The notes: a model not told the origin generated them from the letters alone. Shown: positions 48,973-59,928, counted from the first letter of the stretch. The stretch: DNA of 64,000 nt from Clostridia bacterium (GCA_900759475.1 CAAEVK010000037.1:2080-66079); one strand, 5' to 3'. A program made the numbers and translations.

Positions 48973-49968
48973 TTGAAAAAATATATTATTATTTTATGTG
49001 TGATAGCGATTGTTGTTTTAGGAATAGTTAGCTATTTTTATCAAAATCAAAATAAGCAAATAGCAGAACTAGAAACAGTTAAAGTGAATGAGGTTACACG
49101 TTCTGTATTTTACGCACCACAATATGTAGCAATTAGTAAAGGATTTTTTAAAGAGGAAGGATTAAATATTGAGTTAACTACTGGTCAGGGAGCAGATACT
49201 GTAATGACTTCTGTATTAGCAAATCAATGTGATATTGGTTTTGCAGGACCAGAAGCATCAATTTATGTATATAACGAAGGAAAAGAAGACAACACACAAG
49301 TATTTGCCCAATTAACTCAAAAAGATGGTTCATTTTTAGTAAGTAAAACCAATGATACAGATTTCAAATGGACAGATTTAAAAGGAAAAACAATAATACC
49401 AGGAAGAAAAGGTGGAGTACCATATATGACATTAGAATATGTTATTAAGAAAAATGGAATGAATCCAGAAACTGATATGGTATTGGATGATAGCATTAAA
49501 TTTGACTTAATGGCAGGAGCATTTACTGGAGGAGAAGCAGATTATGTAACATTGTTTGAACCAACAGCATCTTTAATAGAGCAATCACAAAAAGGATATA
49601 TTGTAGCATCTGTGGGGGAAGCAGCAGGAGACATACCATATACAGCTTACTTTGCCAAGAAGAGTTATATCAATAATCATTCTGAAACAATACAAAAATT
49701 TGTAAATGCCATTGCTAAAGGGCAAGAGTGGGTAGCTAATGCAACAGATAGAGAAATTGCAGAAGCAATTGTTGAATTTTTCCCAGATACAGATGTAACA
49801 GTATTAGAAAAAGTAGTAAATAGATATAAAAGTATTGATGCATGGAAAACAACACCAGAACTAAAACCAGAGGATTTTGATTTATTACAAACTGTTATGC
49901 TAGAAGCGGGAGAACTAAACGAAAAAGTACCATATGAAGAAGTTGTAAATATGGAATATGTAAAGTAG
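48973..49968 (+). CDS. ABC transporter substrate-binding protein (NMT1/THI5/SsuA-like)
   Basis: AGGAGG then a TTG start; N-terminal anchor helix; VFYAPQYVAISKGFFKEEGL pattern of the NMT1-like family. Confidence 0.8.
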   Translation: MKKYIIILCVIAIVVLGIVSYFYQNQNKQIAELETVKVNEVTRSVFYAPQYVAISKGFFKEEGLNIELTTGQGADTVMTSVLANQCDIGFAGPEASIYVYNEGKEDNTQVFAQLTQKDGSFLVSKTNDTDFKWTDLKGKTIIPGRKGGVPYMTLEYVIKKNGMNPETDMVLDDSIKFDLMAGAFTGGEADYVTLFEPTASLIEQSQKGYIVASVGEAAGDIPYTAYFAKKSYINNHSETIQKFVNAIAKGQEWVANATDREIAEAIVEFFPDTDVTVLEKVVNRYKSIDAWKTTPELKPEDFDLLQTVMLEAGELNEKVPYEEVVNMEYVK

Positions 49969-50049
49969 AGAGTAATGGAAAAATAAAAGTCCCCATATTG
50001 TGAAAATTACAAAAATATAGTAAAATGAATAATAAAAGGGGATGGTTAA

Positions 50050-50451
50050 ATGAAAAAAGAGAAGAAAGGGAGAATAGCTACATTTTTGGCAGGGCTATTA
50101 ACTGGAGGAATTGGAACATATGTAGGATTATTGGGGTTAGCGCAGATAGGAGTAGAAGTTTATGGAATTAGTAATGCTACACAATTAATAACAGCTATTA
50201 CCTTAAATCCAGCACCATTTTTAAATGGATTAGGAGGTATTGCTGCCGGTGGAGTTTGTTTAGGAATTGCAGGGAAAACAATAGCTAGAAATATAAGAAC
50301 CATTGCAAAAGAAAATAAAGAAAAAGCAGCCGAAACTTTTTTATCAAAAAAAGACAAAAAAGAAATCTTTAAAGAAAGAATAAAAGAAGAGCCAAATAAA
50401 AGTGTAATACAACAAGCAAAGAAAAATGAAACAAATGAGCAAATAAGATAG
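50050..50451 (+). CDS. small Gly-rich membrane protein with Lys-rich tail
   Basis: GGGGA RBS; two or three Gly/Ala-rich TM helices; no family recognised. Confidence 0.5.
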   Translation: MKKEKKGRIATFLAGLLTGGIGTYVGLLGLAQIGVEVYGISNATQLITAITLNPAPFLNGLGGIAAGGVCLGIAGKTIARNIRTIAKENKEKAAETFLSKKDKKEIFKERIKEEPNKSVIQQAKKNETNEQIR

Positions 50452-50717
50452 AATGAAGGATTATAAAAAAACAGGAAATTAATTTTTCCTGTTTTTTGAC
50501 AAAATATTGTATAGTTATTAAATGAAAATAAAAAACTACAGTACTTTTCCTAACAAAATTGTGTGGATGTTTTATAATTTAAATTTAATTAAAAACATCA
50601 ATTTACATAGTTTAAACTGTAACAATATTCATAATAAATTCACACAAATAGGATTGGAATATTCATAAAAATATGATATTATATATAAACTAAAAGTAAA
50701 ATATAGGAGAAATAAAA

Positions 50718-51420
50718 ATGTCATATATTAAATTTAAGAATGTTATAAAAGAATATACGATGGGAGAAATAACAATAAAAGCTCTAGAAAATACCAATTT
50801 TGAGATAGAAAAAGGAGAGTTAACTGTTATTGTAGGACCATCAGGAGCTGGTAAAACTACAGCATTAAATATTTTAGGAGGTATGGATACAGCAACTTCA
50901 CGGAGATGTTATTGTGGCAGGAAAAAACATTACCAAGTTTAAGCCACGAGAATTAATTAAGTACCGTAGAGAAGATATTGGATTTGTATTTCAATTTTAT
51001 AATTTAGTACAAAATTTAACAGCAAAAGAAAATGTAGAATTGGCAACACAAATTTGCAAAAATCCATTAGATCCAGAAACTGTTTTGGTAAATGTTGGAT
51101 TAAAAGATAGAATGAAAAATTTTCCTTCACAATTATCTGGTGGGGAGCAACAAAGAGTAGCAATTGCAAGAGCAATTGCAAAAAATCCCAAAATACTATT
51201 ATGTGATGAGCCAACAGGTGCATTAGACTACAATACGGGAAAACAAATATTAAAATTATTACAAGACACTGCAAGAATTCAAAAAATGACAGTCATTATT
51301 ATTACTCACAATAGTAGTTTGGCACCAATGGCAGATAAAGTAATTCGTTTTAAAAATGGTAGTGTAGCAAGTGTTGAACAAAATCAAACACCAGTTTCAA
51401 TTGATAAAATAGAATGGTAG
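50718..51420 (+). CDS. ABC transporter ATPase (MacB/FtsE-type partner of the FtsX permease); requires a CGG +1 shift at 50901
   Basis: The track splits it into 50718..50942 and 50914..51420. Skipping C50901 joins [35 protein letters not shown].., followed by [14 protein letters not shown] and [11 protein letters not shown]. Confidence 0.9.
50901..50903 (+). other. CGG +1 recoding site 9 (act tca C GGA gat)
   Basis: In-frame CGG at the junction of the two half-ORFs. The Gly matches the conserved (S/T)-G-x-(I/V) segment after Walker A. Confidence 0.85.
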
Positions 51421-51430
51421 GAGATAAAAA

Positions 51431-54400
51431 ATGAAGGCTCTTCATAAGGACATTGTCCTTCAAATAAAACATACATGGAAAAGGTTTTTATCCATTTTAC
51501 TAATGGCTTTATTAGGTGTTGGCTTTTTTGCAGGAATTAAAGCAACTAGCCCAGATATGAAGGATACATTAGATACTTATTTTGATGAACAAAATATTTT
51601 TGACATAGAAGTAGTATCTACTTTAGGAATAGTTCAAAAAGATATAGATGCCATTTCACAAATAGAAGGAATAGAAAAAATTTTACCAACATATAGTACA
51701 GACTTAGAGTTTAATATTGGGCAAAAAGATATTATTGTAAAAGCATATGCCTATTTTAAAGAGGATATAAACCAACCTCAATTACAAGAGGGAAAACTAC
51801 CAGAAAAAGAAAATGAATGTGTTGTAGAAAGCAATTTTTTAAAAGCAACAGGTTTACAAATAGGAGATAAAATTGTTGCAGAAAATTTGGATGAAGACGA
51901 AATTTTAAATACAGATACTTTTCAAATAGTGGGAACAGTTTCTTCTCCGTTGTATATATCAAGAGAAAGAGGTTCTAGTAAATTAGGAGACGGAATGCTT
52001 GATTATTTTATGTATATATGGAATGGGAGCTTTTCTTCAGAGGCATATACTGAAATCTACTTGACAATAGCTGGAACGAAGGAATTAAATACATTTAGTG
52101 ATGCTTACGAAAATAAAATAGAGACAGTAAAATCACAACTAGAAGAAATTGCAACTATTAGAGAAGAAGGTCGATATCAAGAAATATTAACAGAAGCAAA
52201 TGAAGAAATTGCAGAAAATGAAAAAAAATTAGAAGATGCTAAAACAGAAGCAAATCAAAAAATAGCAGATGCAGAGCAAGAAATTAAAGAAGGAGAAAGC
52301 AAAATTGCAAAAGCAGAAAAAGAAATAAAAAACAATAGGGCAGAAGCAAATAATAAATTTATGCAAGCAGAAGCAGAAATTGCACAGGCGGAAAAAGAAT
52401 TAACGGAGAAAGAACAAGAATTTAATAATAGTAAAGAAAGCATACAAGAGCAAATTGCACAAGCAAAAACTGCTATAGACACTTTAAATTCTAATATGGA
52501 AAAAATTGAAGAACAAATAATAGCAGTAAATAAACAATATGAAGGAGTAACAGATGAAACAGCACTTGTCCAAAAAGAAACAATATTAGCACAATTAAAT
52601 GAAAGCAAAGAACAAATAAGTAGTCAATTAAATGAAATTACTACACAGCTAGAGTCTGCACAACAAATTTTAGAAAATACACCAAAACAAATTGCAGCAG
52701 GAAAAGAAGAAATTCAAAAAAATAAACAAGAACTTACAAAAAATAAGAATAGTACATATCAGCAATTAAATAATGCTGAAAATCAAGTAAATACTAGTAA
52801 ACAAGAAATAGCAGAGGCAAAAGAAACATTAGAAGAAGAGAGAATAAAAGCTGAAGAAGAAATAGCAGATGCAGAGCAAAAGTTGGCAGAGGCGAAAGAA
52901 GAGATTAATAAAATCGAGAAACCAACTTGGTATATATTAGACAGAGAATCAAATACTGGATATGAAGGATATCATCAGGACACACAAAGAATTGCCAATA
53001 TTGGAAAACTATTTCCAGTAGTGTTTTTTGTTGTAGCTACTTTAATTAGTTTAACTTCTATGACTAGAATGGTAGAGGAACAAAGAGTACAAATTGGAAC
53101 ATTAAAGGCATTAGGATATCATAAAAATCAAATTATTCAAAAATATATTTTATATGCTTTAACTGCTACATTAATTGGCGGTGTAATTGGAATGATAATT
53201 GGATTTGAATTACTACCAAGAATTATATTTTCTATGTATAAAATGATGTATGCTGATTTACAGATTAATATTCAATTTAACTTCTATTATGGTGCAATGG
53301 GGTTAGGAATTGCAATTGCTTGTATTGTAGGTGCAACCGTTTTTTCAGCAATGAATGAATTAAAAAGAACACCAGCAGAATTAATGAGACCAAAAGCACC
53401 AAAACCGGGTAAAAGGGTTATTTTAGAAAGGATACCATTTTTATGGAAGCATATGAATTTTACACAAAAAGTAACAGCTAGAAATTTATTTCGTTATAAA
53501 AAAAGGTTTTTAATGACGATTATTGGCATATGTGGTTGTACAGCTCTTATTTTAGCAGGATTTGGATTAAAAAATTCTATTTCTTCTATGATACCACTAC
53601 AATATGGGGAAATATTTCGCTACCAAATGATAGTATCTTTAAAAAGTGACATAACAAAAGAGCAAATCCAAGAAAAAGTAAATGACCTACAAAATTATTC
53701 AGAAATAACAGACCTTTTAAAAGCGAATATGCAAGCAGGTACATTAACGACAAAAGAATCCAAAAATGTCCAAATCTTAATACCAGAAGACAATACTAAA
53801 TTAGAAGAGTTCATTCTTTTAAGAAAAAATGGAACAAAAGAATATTATCATTTAAGTAATAATGAAATTATTGTTACACAAAAGGTTGCTAAATTATTAA
53901 ATATAAAACCAGGAGATATTGTAAAACTGAAAAATGCAGATGACCAAGAAGTAGAGGTAAAAGTACAGGCAATTACAGAGAACTATATTTCTCATTATGT
54001 TTATATGGCAAGTAATCTTTACCAAGAATTATTTAATAGCGTACCACAAGAAAATGTTATTTTAATAAAAACAGATTTATTAACCACAACACAAGAAGAA
54101 AATCTTGCTAAAGTAATTTTAGGAGATACAGAGCATATTGCAGGGATAAGCAAAAATTCTAATTTAATTTCTCTTATGGATGACACAATGAAAAGTTTAA
54201 ACAGTGTTGTTTGGGTATTAATTATTTCTGCTGGCTTATTAGCATTTGTAGTTTTATATAATTTATCCAATGTAAATATTAGTGAAAGAGTTAGAGAATT
54301 AGCAACAATTAAAGTTTTAGGGTTTTATGATAAAGAAGTATACGACTATGTTGCAAAAGAAACAACAATTCTTACTGTTATTGGAATTGTTTTAGGATTA

Positions 54401-54598
54401 GTTGGTGGATATTTTTTAAATTTATTTATTATTGAAACATGTGAATTAGATATGATTATGTTTAATAAAATAGTAGAACCAATTAGTTATTTATATGCTA
54501 CTATTATTACAATAGTATTTACGATTATTGTCAATATTACTACCTATTTTAGATTAAAGAAAATAGATATGATAGAATCTCTAAAAAGTATAGAGTAA
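51431..54598 (+). CDS. FtsX-family ABC permease with two FtsX modules and a long extracytoplasmic coiled-coil insert
   Basis: 1055 aa. TM helices near both ends of each FtsX module. About 300 aa of heptad-like Glu/Lys/Ala/Gln-rich sequence (roughly 52150-52920). Confidence 0.85.
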   Translation: MKALHKDIVLQIKHTWKRFLSILLMALLGVGFFAGIKATSPDMKDTLDTYFDEQNIFDIEVVSTLGIVQKDIDAISQIEGIEKILPTYSTDLEFNIGQKDIIVKAYAYFKEDINQPQLQEGKLPEKENECVVESNFLKATGLQIGDKIVAENLDEDEILNTDTFQIVGTVSSPLYISRERGSSKLGDGMLDYFMYIWNGSFSSEAYTEIYLTIAGTKELNTFSDAYENKIETVKSQLEEIATIREEGRYQEILTEANEEIAENEKKLEDAKTEANQKIADAEQEIKEGESKIAKAEKEIKNNRAEANNKFMQAEAEIAQAEKELTEKEQEFNNSKESIQEQIAQAKTAIDTLNSNMEKIEEQIIAVNKQYEGVTDETALVQKETILAQLNESKEQISSQLNEITTQLESAQQILENTPKQIAAGKEEIQKNKQELTKNKNSTYQQLNNAENQVNTSKQEIAEAKETLEEERIKAEEEIADAEQKLAEAKEEINKIEKPTWYILDRESNTGYEGYHQDTQRIANIGKLFPVVFFVVATLISLTSMTRMVEEQRVQIGTLKALGYHKNQIIQKYILYALTATLIGGVIGMIIGFELLPRIIFSMYKMMYADLQINIQFNFYYGAMGLGIAIACIVGATVFSAMNELKRTPAELMRPKAPKPGKRVILERIPFLWKHMNFTQKVTARNLFRYKKRFLMTIIGICGCTALILAGFGLKNSISSMIPLQYGEIFRYQMIVSLKSDITKEQIQEKVNDLQNYSEITDLLKANMQAGTLTTKESKNVQILIPEDNTKLEEFILLRKNGTKEYYHLSNNEIIVTQKVAKLLNIKPGDIVKLKNADDQEVEVKVQAITENYISHYVYMASNLYQELFNSVPQENVILIKTDLLTTTQEENLAKVILGDTEHIAGISKNSNLISLMDDTMKSLNSVVWVLIISAGLLAFVVLYNLSNVNISERVRELATIKVLGFYDKEVYDYVAKETTILTVIGIVLGLVGGYFLNLFIIETCELDMIMFNKIVEPISYLYATIITIVFTIIVNITTYFRLKKIDMIESLKSIE

Positions 54599-54799
54599 AG
54601 GAAAAAAATATATACATAAATAGAATATAAAGCAATAAATTATATAAAGAAAACAGTAATATAATAGGAAAACAAGGTGAATATAACAAAAAAAGTAAAA
54701 AACTATTGACAAATTTTTACAATATGTTAAGATAGAAATATATTTTTATCTTAACATTTTTTTTCTAAAAAATTTTCCCAAAAAAATAAAGGAGAGCAT

Positions 54800-56331
54800 A
54801 TGATATCTATTGTTAAAAGCATGGCTTTACATGGGCTAGATGGTTATTTGGTTGATGTACAAGTAGATATTTCTAATGGTTTACCATATCTTGAAATTGT
54901 GGGATTACCAGACACTAGTATTCGAGAAGCAAAAGAAAGAGTAAAAGCTGCTATTAGAAATTGTAGTGAAGAATTTCCAAGTAGAAGAATTGTAGTAAAT
55001 TTAGCACCAGCAGATACCAAAAAAGAAGGTTCTATTTTTGATTTAGCAATTGCCATTGGAATATTAAATGCAACAGGAAGAATTGCAAAGGATTTAAAAA
55101 ATACTGTTTTTATTGGAGAACTATCTTTAGATGGAACACTAAATAAAGTAAATGGAGTTTTACCAATGTGTATTGAAGCTGTTAAATTAGGAATACAAAA
55201 AATTATTTTACCACAGCAAAATGTAAAAGAAGCGGCAATTGTCAATGGAATAAAGGTAATTCCGGTGAACAATTTAAATGAAGTAATTAATTTTTTAAAT
55301 GGTATAGAAGAAATAGAACCAGAGAAAGTAAATATACAAGCATTATTTGCTAATAAAGAATATGGTTTGGATTTTTGCGAAGTAAAAGGACAAGAAAGTG
55401 TAAAAAGAGCATTAGAAATAGCAGCTGCTGGAGGGCATAATATTCTTCTAATTGGGAGTCCACGGTTCTGGAAAAACCATGCTAGCAAGAAGAATTCCTT
55501 CTATACTACCAGATTTAACTTTTGAAGAGGCCTTAGAAGTAACAAAGATTCATAGTATAGCAGGTAATTTAAAGACAAATCAATCTATTATTACAACACG
55601 ACCATTTAGAAGTCCACACCATACCATATCTGCTGTATCATTAGTAGGAGGAGGAAAAATTCCAAAGCCCGGAGAAATTAGTTTAGCACATTATGGAGTA
55701 CTGTTTTTAGATGAATTGCCAGAGTTTCAAAAAAACACTTTAGAAGTAATGAGAGGCCCTTTAGAGGATGGAAAGGTTACCATTAGCAGAATTAATGCAA
55801 GCTTTACATATCCTTGCAATTTTATGCTAATAGCTAGTATGAATCCATGTCCTTGTGGCTATTATGGTTCCAAAGAAAAAGAGTGCAATTGTACCCCACA
55901 ACAAATTAATAGATATATGGGAAAAATTAGTGGACCATTACTAGATAGAATTGATATTCAAATAGAAGTAAGTAGTGTAAAATATGAAAAATTAGATTCC
56001 AGTGAACAAGTAGAAACCTCTCATATAATTAAACAAAGAGTAAATATTGCAAGAAAAATTCAACAAGCAAGGTATCAAAAATATAAAATTTATTCCAATA
56101 GTGAGTTAACCCCAAAATTAACAGAACAATATTGTAAATTGGACGAAAAAGGGAAAGACATATTAAAAAATGCTTTTGATAAGCTACGGGTTAAGTGCAA
56201 GAGCATATGGAAGAATACTAAAGGTGGCTCGTACAATTGCAGATTTAGAAGGAAATACAAATATACAGGCAAACCATATCGCAGAAGCTGTTCAATATAG
56301 AAGCCTAGACAGAAAATATTGGGCAAACTAG
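54800..56331 (+). CDS. comM: YifB/ComM Mg-chelatase-like AAA+ ATPase; requires CGG +1 shifts at 55463 and 56187
   Basis: Three track fragments. Skipping C55463 restores Walker A ([25 protein letters not shown]). Skipping C56187 restores the conserved C-terminus ([46 protein letters not shown]), ending at 56331. Confidence 0.9.
55463..55465 (+). other. CGG +1 recoding site 10 (agt cca C GGT tct)
   Basis: In-frame CGG inside the Walker A P-loop codons. The +1 frame gives GSGKT. Confidence 0.9.
56187..56189 (+). other. CGG +1 recoding site 11 (aag cta C GGG tta)
   Basis: In-frame CGG. The +1 frame stays open for 48 codons and reads the conserved ComM C-terminal helix bundle. Confidence 0.85.
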
Positions 56332-56375
56332 TTAAGTAATAAAAAAGAATTTATATTGTTAATAATAGGAGAAAT

Positions 56376-57209
56376 ATGCAAATAATTTGTAAAAATGACA
56401 TGGAATTCCCAGAGTTATTAAAAAAAGAAAAGCCAATAGTAGAAAAACTATATGTACAAGGTAATGTACAAAATTTACAACTGCCTACAATTGCAATTGT
56501 AGGTTCCAGAGAATGTAGTCCATATGGAATAAAAATTGCTTATGAATTTGCTTATCAATTAGCAAAAGCAGGATTATGCATTGCTAGTGGTATGGCAATA
56601 GGAATTGACAAATATGCCCATTTAGGAACGCTAGATGCAAATGGAAAAACAATTGCTGTTTTAGGAAGTGGATTTCAACATATATTTCCAAAGGAGAATG
56701 TTGCCTTATACCACAGAATTATCGCAGAAAATGGAACGGTAATAACGGAGTACGAACCTAATGTAATTCCAAATAATAATTATTTCCCAAAAAGAAATAG
56801 AATTATTAGTGGAATAAGTTTAGGTGTATTAGTGGTAGAAGCAGAATATAGAAGTGGAGCAAGTATTACAGCACAGTATGCCCTAAAACAAAAAAAACCA
56901 TTATTTTGTATACCAAGCAATATAGATAGTTCTAAAGGAATAGGAACAAATCGACTAATTAAAGAAGGTGCAAAACTAGTAACAAGTATTAGCGATATAC
57001 TAGAACAAATGAATATAAAAGAACAAAATAAAGAAATCCCATTGGAATATAAAGAAATATATGAAGTAATAAAAAAAGGAACACATCAAATAAATGCTAT
57101 ATGTAAAAAATTAAATCAAAATCCAAGTAAAATAATGTCAATACTTACAATAATGGAAATAGATGGTTATGTGCAAAGTATTACAGGACAAGAATTTATT
57201 GCTTTATAG
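56376..57209 (+). CDS. dprA: DNA processing protein DprA (Smf)
   Basis: IAIVGSRECSPYG, GLCIASGMAIGIDKYAH and RNRIISGIS Rossmann-fold DprA motifs; C-terminal winged helix. Confidence 0.9.
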   Translation: MQIICKNDMEFPELLKKEKPIVEKLYVQGNVQNLQLPTIAIVGSRECSPYGIKIAYEFAYQLAKAGLCIASGMAIGIDKYAHLGTLDANGKTIAVLGSGFQHIFPKENVALYHRIIAENGTVITEYEPNVIPNNNYFPKRNRIISGISLGVLVVEAEYRSGASITAQYALKQKKPLFCIPSNIDSSKGIGTNRLIKEGAKLVTSISDILEQMNIKEQNKEIPLEYKEIYEVIKKGTHQINAICKKLNQNPSKIMSILTIMEIDGYVQSITGQEFIAL

Positions 57210-57223
57210 TGTGGGGGGAAACA

Positions 57224-57580
57224 ATGGATAAAAGACGTATTTTAGGAAATGCCGGAGAGAACACAGTAGAACAATATCTTACCAAAAACGGATATAAAAT
57301 ATTAGACAGAAATTTTCAATGTAACTTAGGAGAAATTGACATTATTGCACTAGATAAAAATAAGGAAATTGTGTTTATTGAAGTAAAAACGAGAAACAGT
57401 ATTTTATATGGTTACCCAGCAGAAGCGATAACTAATAAAAAATTAAAACATATCTATTATACTGCTCAATATTATTTGCATATTCGTAATTTAGAAAACT
57501 CCCCTGTTAGAATAGATGTAATAGAAGTGTATTTGCAACACAATTGTTATAAAATAAACCATATACAACAAATTGTTTAA
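57224..57580 (+). CDS. YraN-family (UPF0102) endonuclease-fold protein
   Basis: GGGGGGA before the ATG at 57224. GENTVEQYLTKNGYKILDRNFQCNLGEIDIIA...VFIEVKTR signature. Confidence 0.85.
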   Translation: MDKRRILGNAGENTVEQYLTKNGYKILDRNFQCNLGEIDIIALDKNKEIVFIEVKTRNSILYGYPAEAITNKKLKHIYYTAQYYLHIRNLENSPVRIDVIEVYLQHNCYKINHIQQIV

Positions 57581-57584
57581 AAAA

Positions 57585-57606
57585 AGAGCCATAAGGCTCT
57601 TTTTCC
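57585..57606 (+). terminator. intrinsic terminator (agagcc ataa ggctct + T-run), abutting a half copy of the dispersed repeat
   Basis: Seen directly. cctatacaacaag follows at 57605-57617. Confidence 0.6.
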
Positions 57607-57619
57607 TATACAACAAGAC

Positions 57620-59074
57620 TTATAAAGCTTTTATCCATACAGAAACACTACCAGCATTAACAGGGAATTTTCCGATACCATTTTCATCAATCAAAACAAT
57701 GTCTTCACGATTTCCTAAATAATCGTAAAAACTAGAATTAGCAAAATGCTTACCAACATACATCTGTTTATTTCCACCAGCATTGTCAGACATAATAACA
57801 GCAAGCCCAGAATTAACATGTTGATTGTCACCTTCTAAAGTCCAACCAATAATATTTTCATTATCTAAATAGTCATTTAATTTTCCATAAGCATAATTTT
57901 TTCTTAAAGTAAGGAGTTTGTCTAATACTATGTTTTTGGCTTCTATTTTTTCACTAGGGATTCCATAATAATCACCATAGAAAACACAAGGAAGCCCCTT
58001 GTCACGCAATAAAATAATAGCATAAGCTAATGGCTTAAACCAATCCTGAACCCAAGAAAATAAACTTTGTCCAGGTTCTGTATCATGGTTGTCTACAAAA
58101 GTAACTGCTTTATTTGGATTAGTTTGAATAAGGGTGTTATCTAAAATTTTACACATATTATAATTTCCACCAGAGATAGATGCTTCATAAAAATTGTAGT
58201 GAAGAGGAACATCAAATAAAGACATGCACCCATTAGTTTCCTCCAAATATTCATTCATAATAGTAACATTAGAATTCCAGTATTCACCAACTGCAAATAA
58301 AGGTTTAGTAGTGGAATTGCGTACTTCACGAAGCCAATTTTCATAAAAACTTGCACGGATATGTTTAACAGCATCTAAACGAAAACCATCTAAGTCAGCT
58401 AATTTTAAATACCATTTTCCCCAAAAAGTAAGTTCATTAACAACATCAATATTATTTAGGTCAATATCAGCACCCATTAAGTAATCATAATTGCCATTTT
58501 CTTTGTCAACATCTTCATCCCAACGTTTTCCATAAAATTTAAAAATAGAATTTACTCTATTCCTATCATCCCAGTCAACACCATGAAAATGTGTCCAATT
58601 CCATTGGAAATCTGAATAAGTAGTACCCCTTCCTGGAAAGGTATATTTTGTCCAAGCTAAAATAGGAACAATATTATTTGTAATTTCGATAGAATTGTTT
58701 CTATTATTATAAGATTCTTTACAAGCTAATACTTCCTCGGTTTCATCAGCACCTACCTTATGATTTAAAACAATATCAGCATATACTTTTATACCATTTT
58801 TATGTAATTCAGAAATAGCGTTTAAATATTCTTCTTTTGTCCCGTATTTGGTACGTATAGTTCCTTTTTGGTCAAACTCACCTAAATCATATAAATCATA
58901 AACACCATAGCCAGTATCATTTATTCCACCAGCACCTTTATAAGCAGGAGGAAGCCATAAAGAAGTAATACCAATATTGTGTAAATGGGTTGCTTCTTGT
59001 TGCAATTTATTCCACAAATTACAATCAGTTGGTAAATACCATTCAAAGTATTGCATTAAAGTATTGTTATCCAT
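57620..59074 (-). CDS. cytoplasmic alpha-amylase (GH13)
   Basis: LMQYFEWY, DIVLNHK, GFRLDAVKHI, EYW and FVDNHD, the four or five GH13 conserved regions; no signal peptide. Confidence 0.9.
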   Translation of the reverse strand: MDNNTLMQYFEWYLPTDCNLWNKLQQEATHLHNIGITSLWLPPAYKGAGGINDTGYGVYDLYDLGEFDQKGTIRTKYGTKEEYLNAISELHKNGIKVYADIVLNHKVGADETEEVLACKESYNNRNNSIEITNNIVPILAWTKYTFPGRGTTYSDFQWNWTHFHGVDWDDRNRVNSIFKFYGKRWDEDVDKENGNYDYLMGADIDLNNIDVVNELTFWGKWYLKLADLDGFRLDAVKHIRASFYENWLREVRNSTTKPLFAVGEYWNSNVTIMNEYLEETNGCMSLFDVPLHYNFYEASISGGNYNMCKILDNTLIQTNPNKAVTFVDNHDTEPGQSLFSWVQDWFKPLAYAIILLRDKGLPCVFYGDYYGIPSEKIEAKNIVLDKLLTLRKNYAYGKLNDYLDNENIIGWTLEGDNQHVNSGLAVIMSDNAGGNKQMYVGKHFANSSFYDYLGNREDIVLIDENGIGKFPVNAGSVSVWIKAL

Positions 59075-59167
59075 AAAAATCACATCCTATTTGAATAGAA
59101 AGTTTGGCAAACTTTCTAAAATCTTTATAGCAACAATTATACCATGAAAATAAAAAAAGTAAATAAG

Positions 59168-59283
59168 AAAAGTGGCTTTGACAGATGTACACGTTTGCTT
59201 TGCAAACGGCACAGTCTAAGGAAACTTAACCTTGTTGTATAGTAAAAAAACGGAGGAATTTAATTTCCACCGTTTTATACTAT
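59168..59283 (+). repeat. dispersed intergenic repeat, copy E
   Basis: aaaagtggctttgacagatgtacacgtttgctttgcaaacggcacagtctaaggaaacttaaccttgttgtatag... Its hairpin arm doubles as the terminator and 3' end of the AbrB-type gene. Confidence 0.8.
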
Positions 59284-59506
59284 TAATACAGTTTTGACAA
59301 ATTTTTTTGTTTTTAAAATCAAGTATATTTTTTTGAGAATGACAAAAAATACAACTAGAATAATTTTTCTGTAAAACAATATTTTTTCCTTTTTGAGAAA
59401 AATCAATATAATCGTTTGTTTTTATATCAAAAAATTCACATAATTCAATTGGTATTTTTACTCTACCTAAAGTATCGATGTATTTTATTATACCTGTATT
59501 TTTCAT
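59260..59506 (-). CDS. AbrB/SpoVT-type DNA-binding protein with C-terminal CxxC..CxxC ribbon; requires a CGG +1 shift at 59272
   Basis: IDTLGRVKIPIELCEFFDI swapped-hairpin motif. Standard reading runs through the terminator into the repeat (to 59216). Skipping C59272 ends the protein ..CINSIK-G-GN* inside the terminator loop. Confidence 0.7.
59270..59272 (-). other. CGG +1 recoding site 12 (ata aaa C GGT gga)
   Basis: In-frame CGG lying in the 5' arm of the intrinsic terminator hairpin (acggtgga...tcctccgt + U7). Confidence 0.6.
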
Positions 59507-59694
59507 ATAATATCTCCAATACGTTAAATTTCACTTATATTATAAAACAATCTGTTACAATTTGTCAATAAAATGCGTGAAACTTTACACACAGTAAAAA
59601 ATCTTTTTTGATATACTTCGATTGGATTGAATAGCTTTACTATATTTTCACACGTAATAATAAGGGGGCGATTATTACGACATTTTCTAATGCA

Positions 59695-59928
59695 ATGATT
59701 ACCAGAATTTGCGAACTTCTGGAACAAAAAAATATGAATGTTAATCAATTAGCAACAAGAGCAGGTATTAATCCTTCTACGGTAAGAAGTGTATTAAAGG
59801 AAAGATGTAAATCACCAAAAGCAGAGACTGTTTATTATATTTGTCTAGGGCTAGGGATTAGTATGGATGAATTTTATAATTCTGAATTATTTCAAGATAT
59901 TGAAGATAATGATAAAGAAGAAAAATAA
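59695..59928 (+). CDS. small XRE-family HTH protein
   Basis: MNVNQLATRAGINPSTVRSVLKE HTH_3-like motif; divergent from the AbrB-type gene. Confidence 0.7.
   Translation: MITRICELLEQKNMNVNQLATRAGINPSTVRSVLKERCKSPKAETVYYICLGLGISMDEFYNSELFQDIEDNDKEEK

Noticed and set aside
54844-55488. 214-aa minus-strand ORF antisense to comM.
   Set aside because: It is long, but it overlaps the conserved ComM N-terminal domain completely. Its translation is low-complexity, with no motif and no RBS.
59524-59748. Minus-strand ORF 59524..59748.
   Set aside because: It occupies the divergent promoter region between the AbrB-type and XRE genes and overlaps the XRE start. No RBS.
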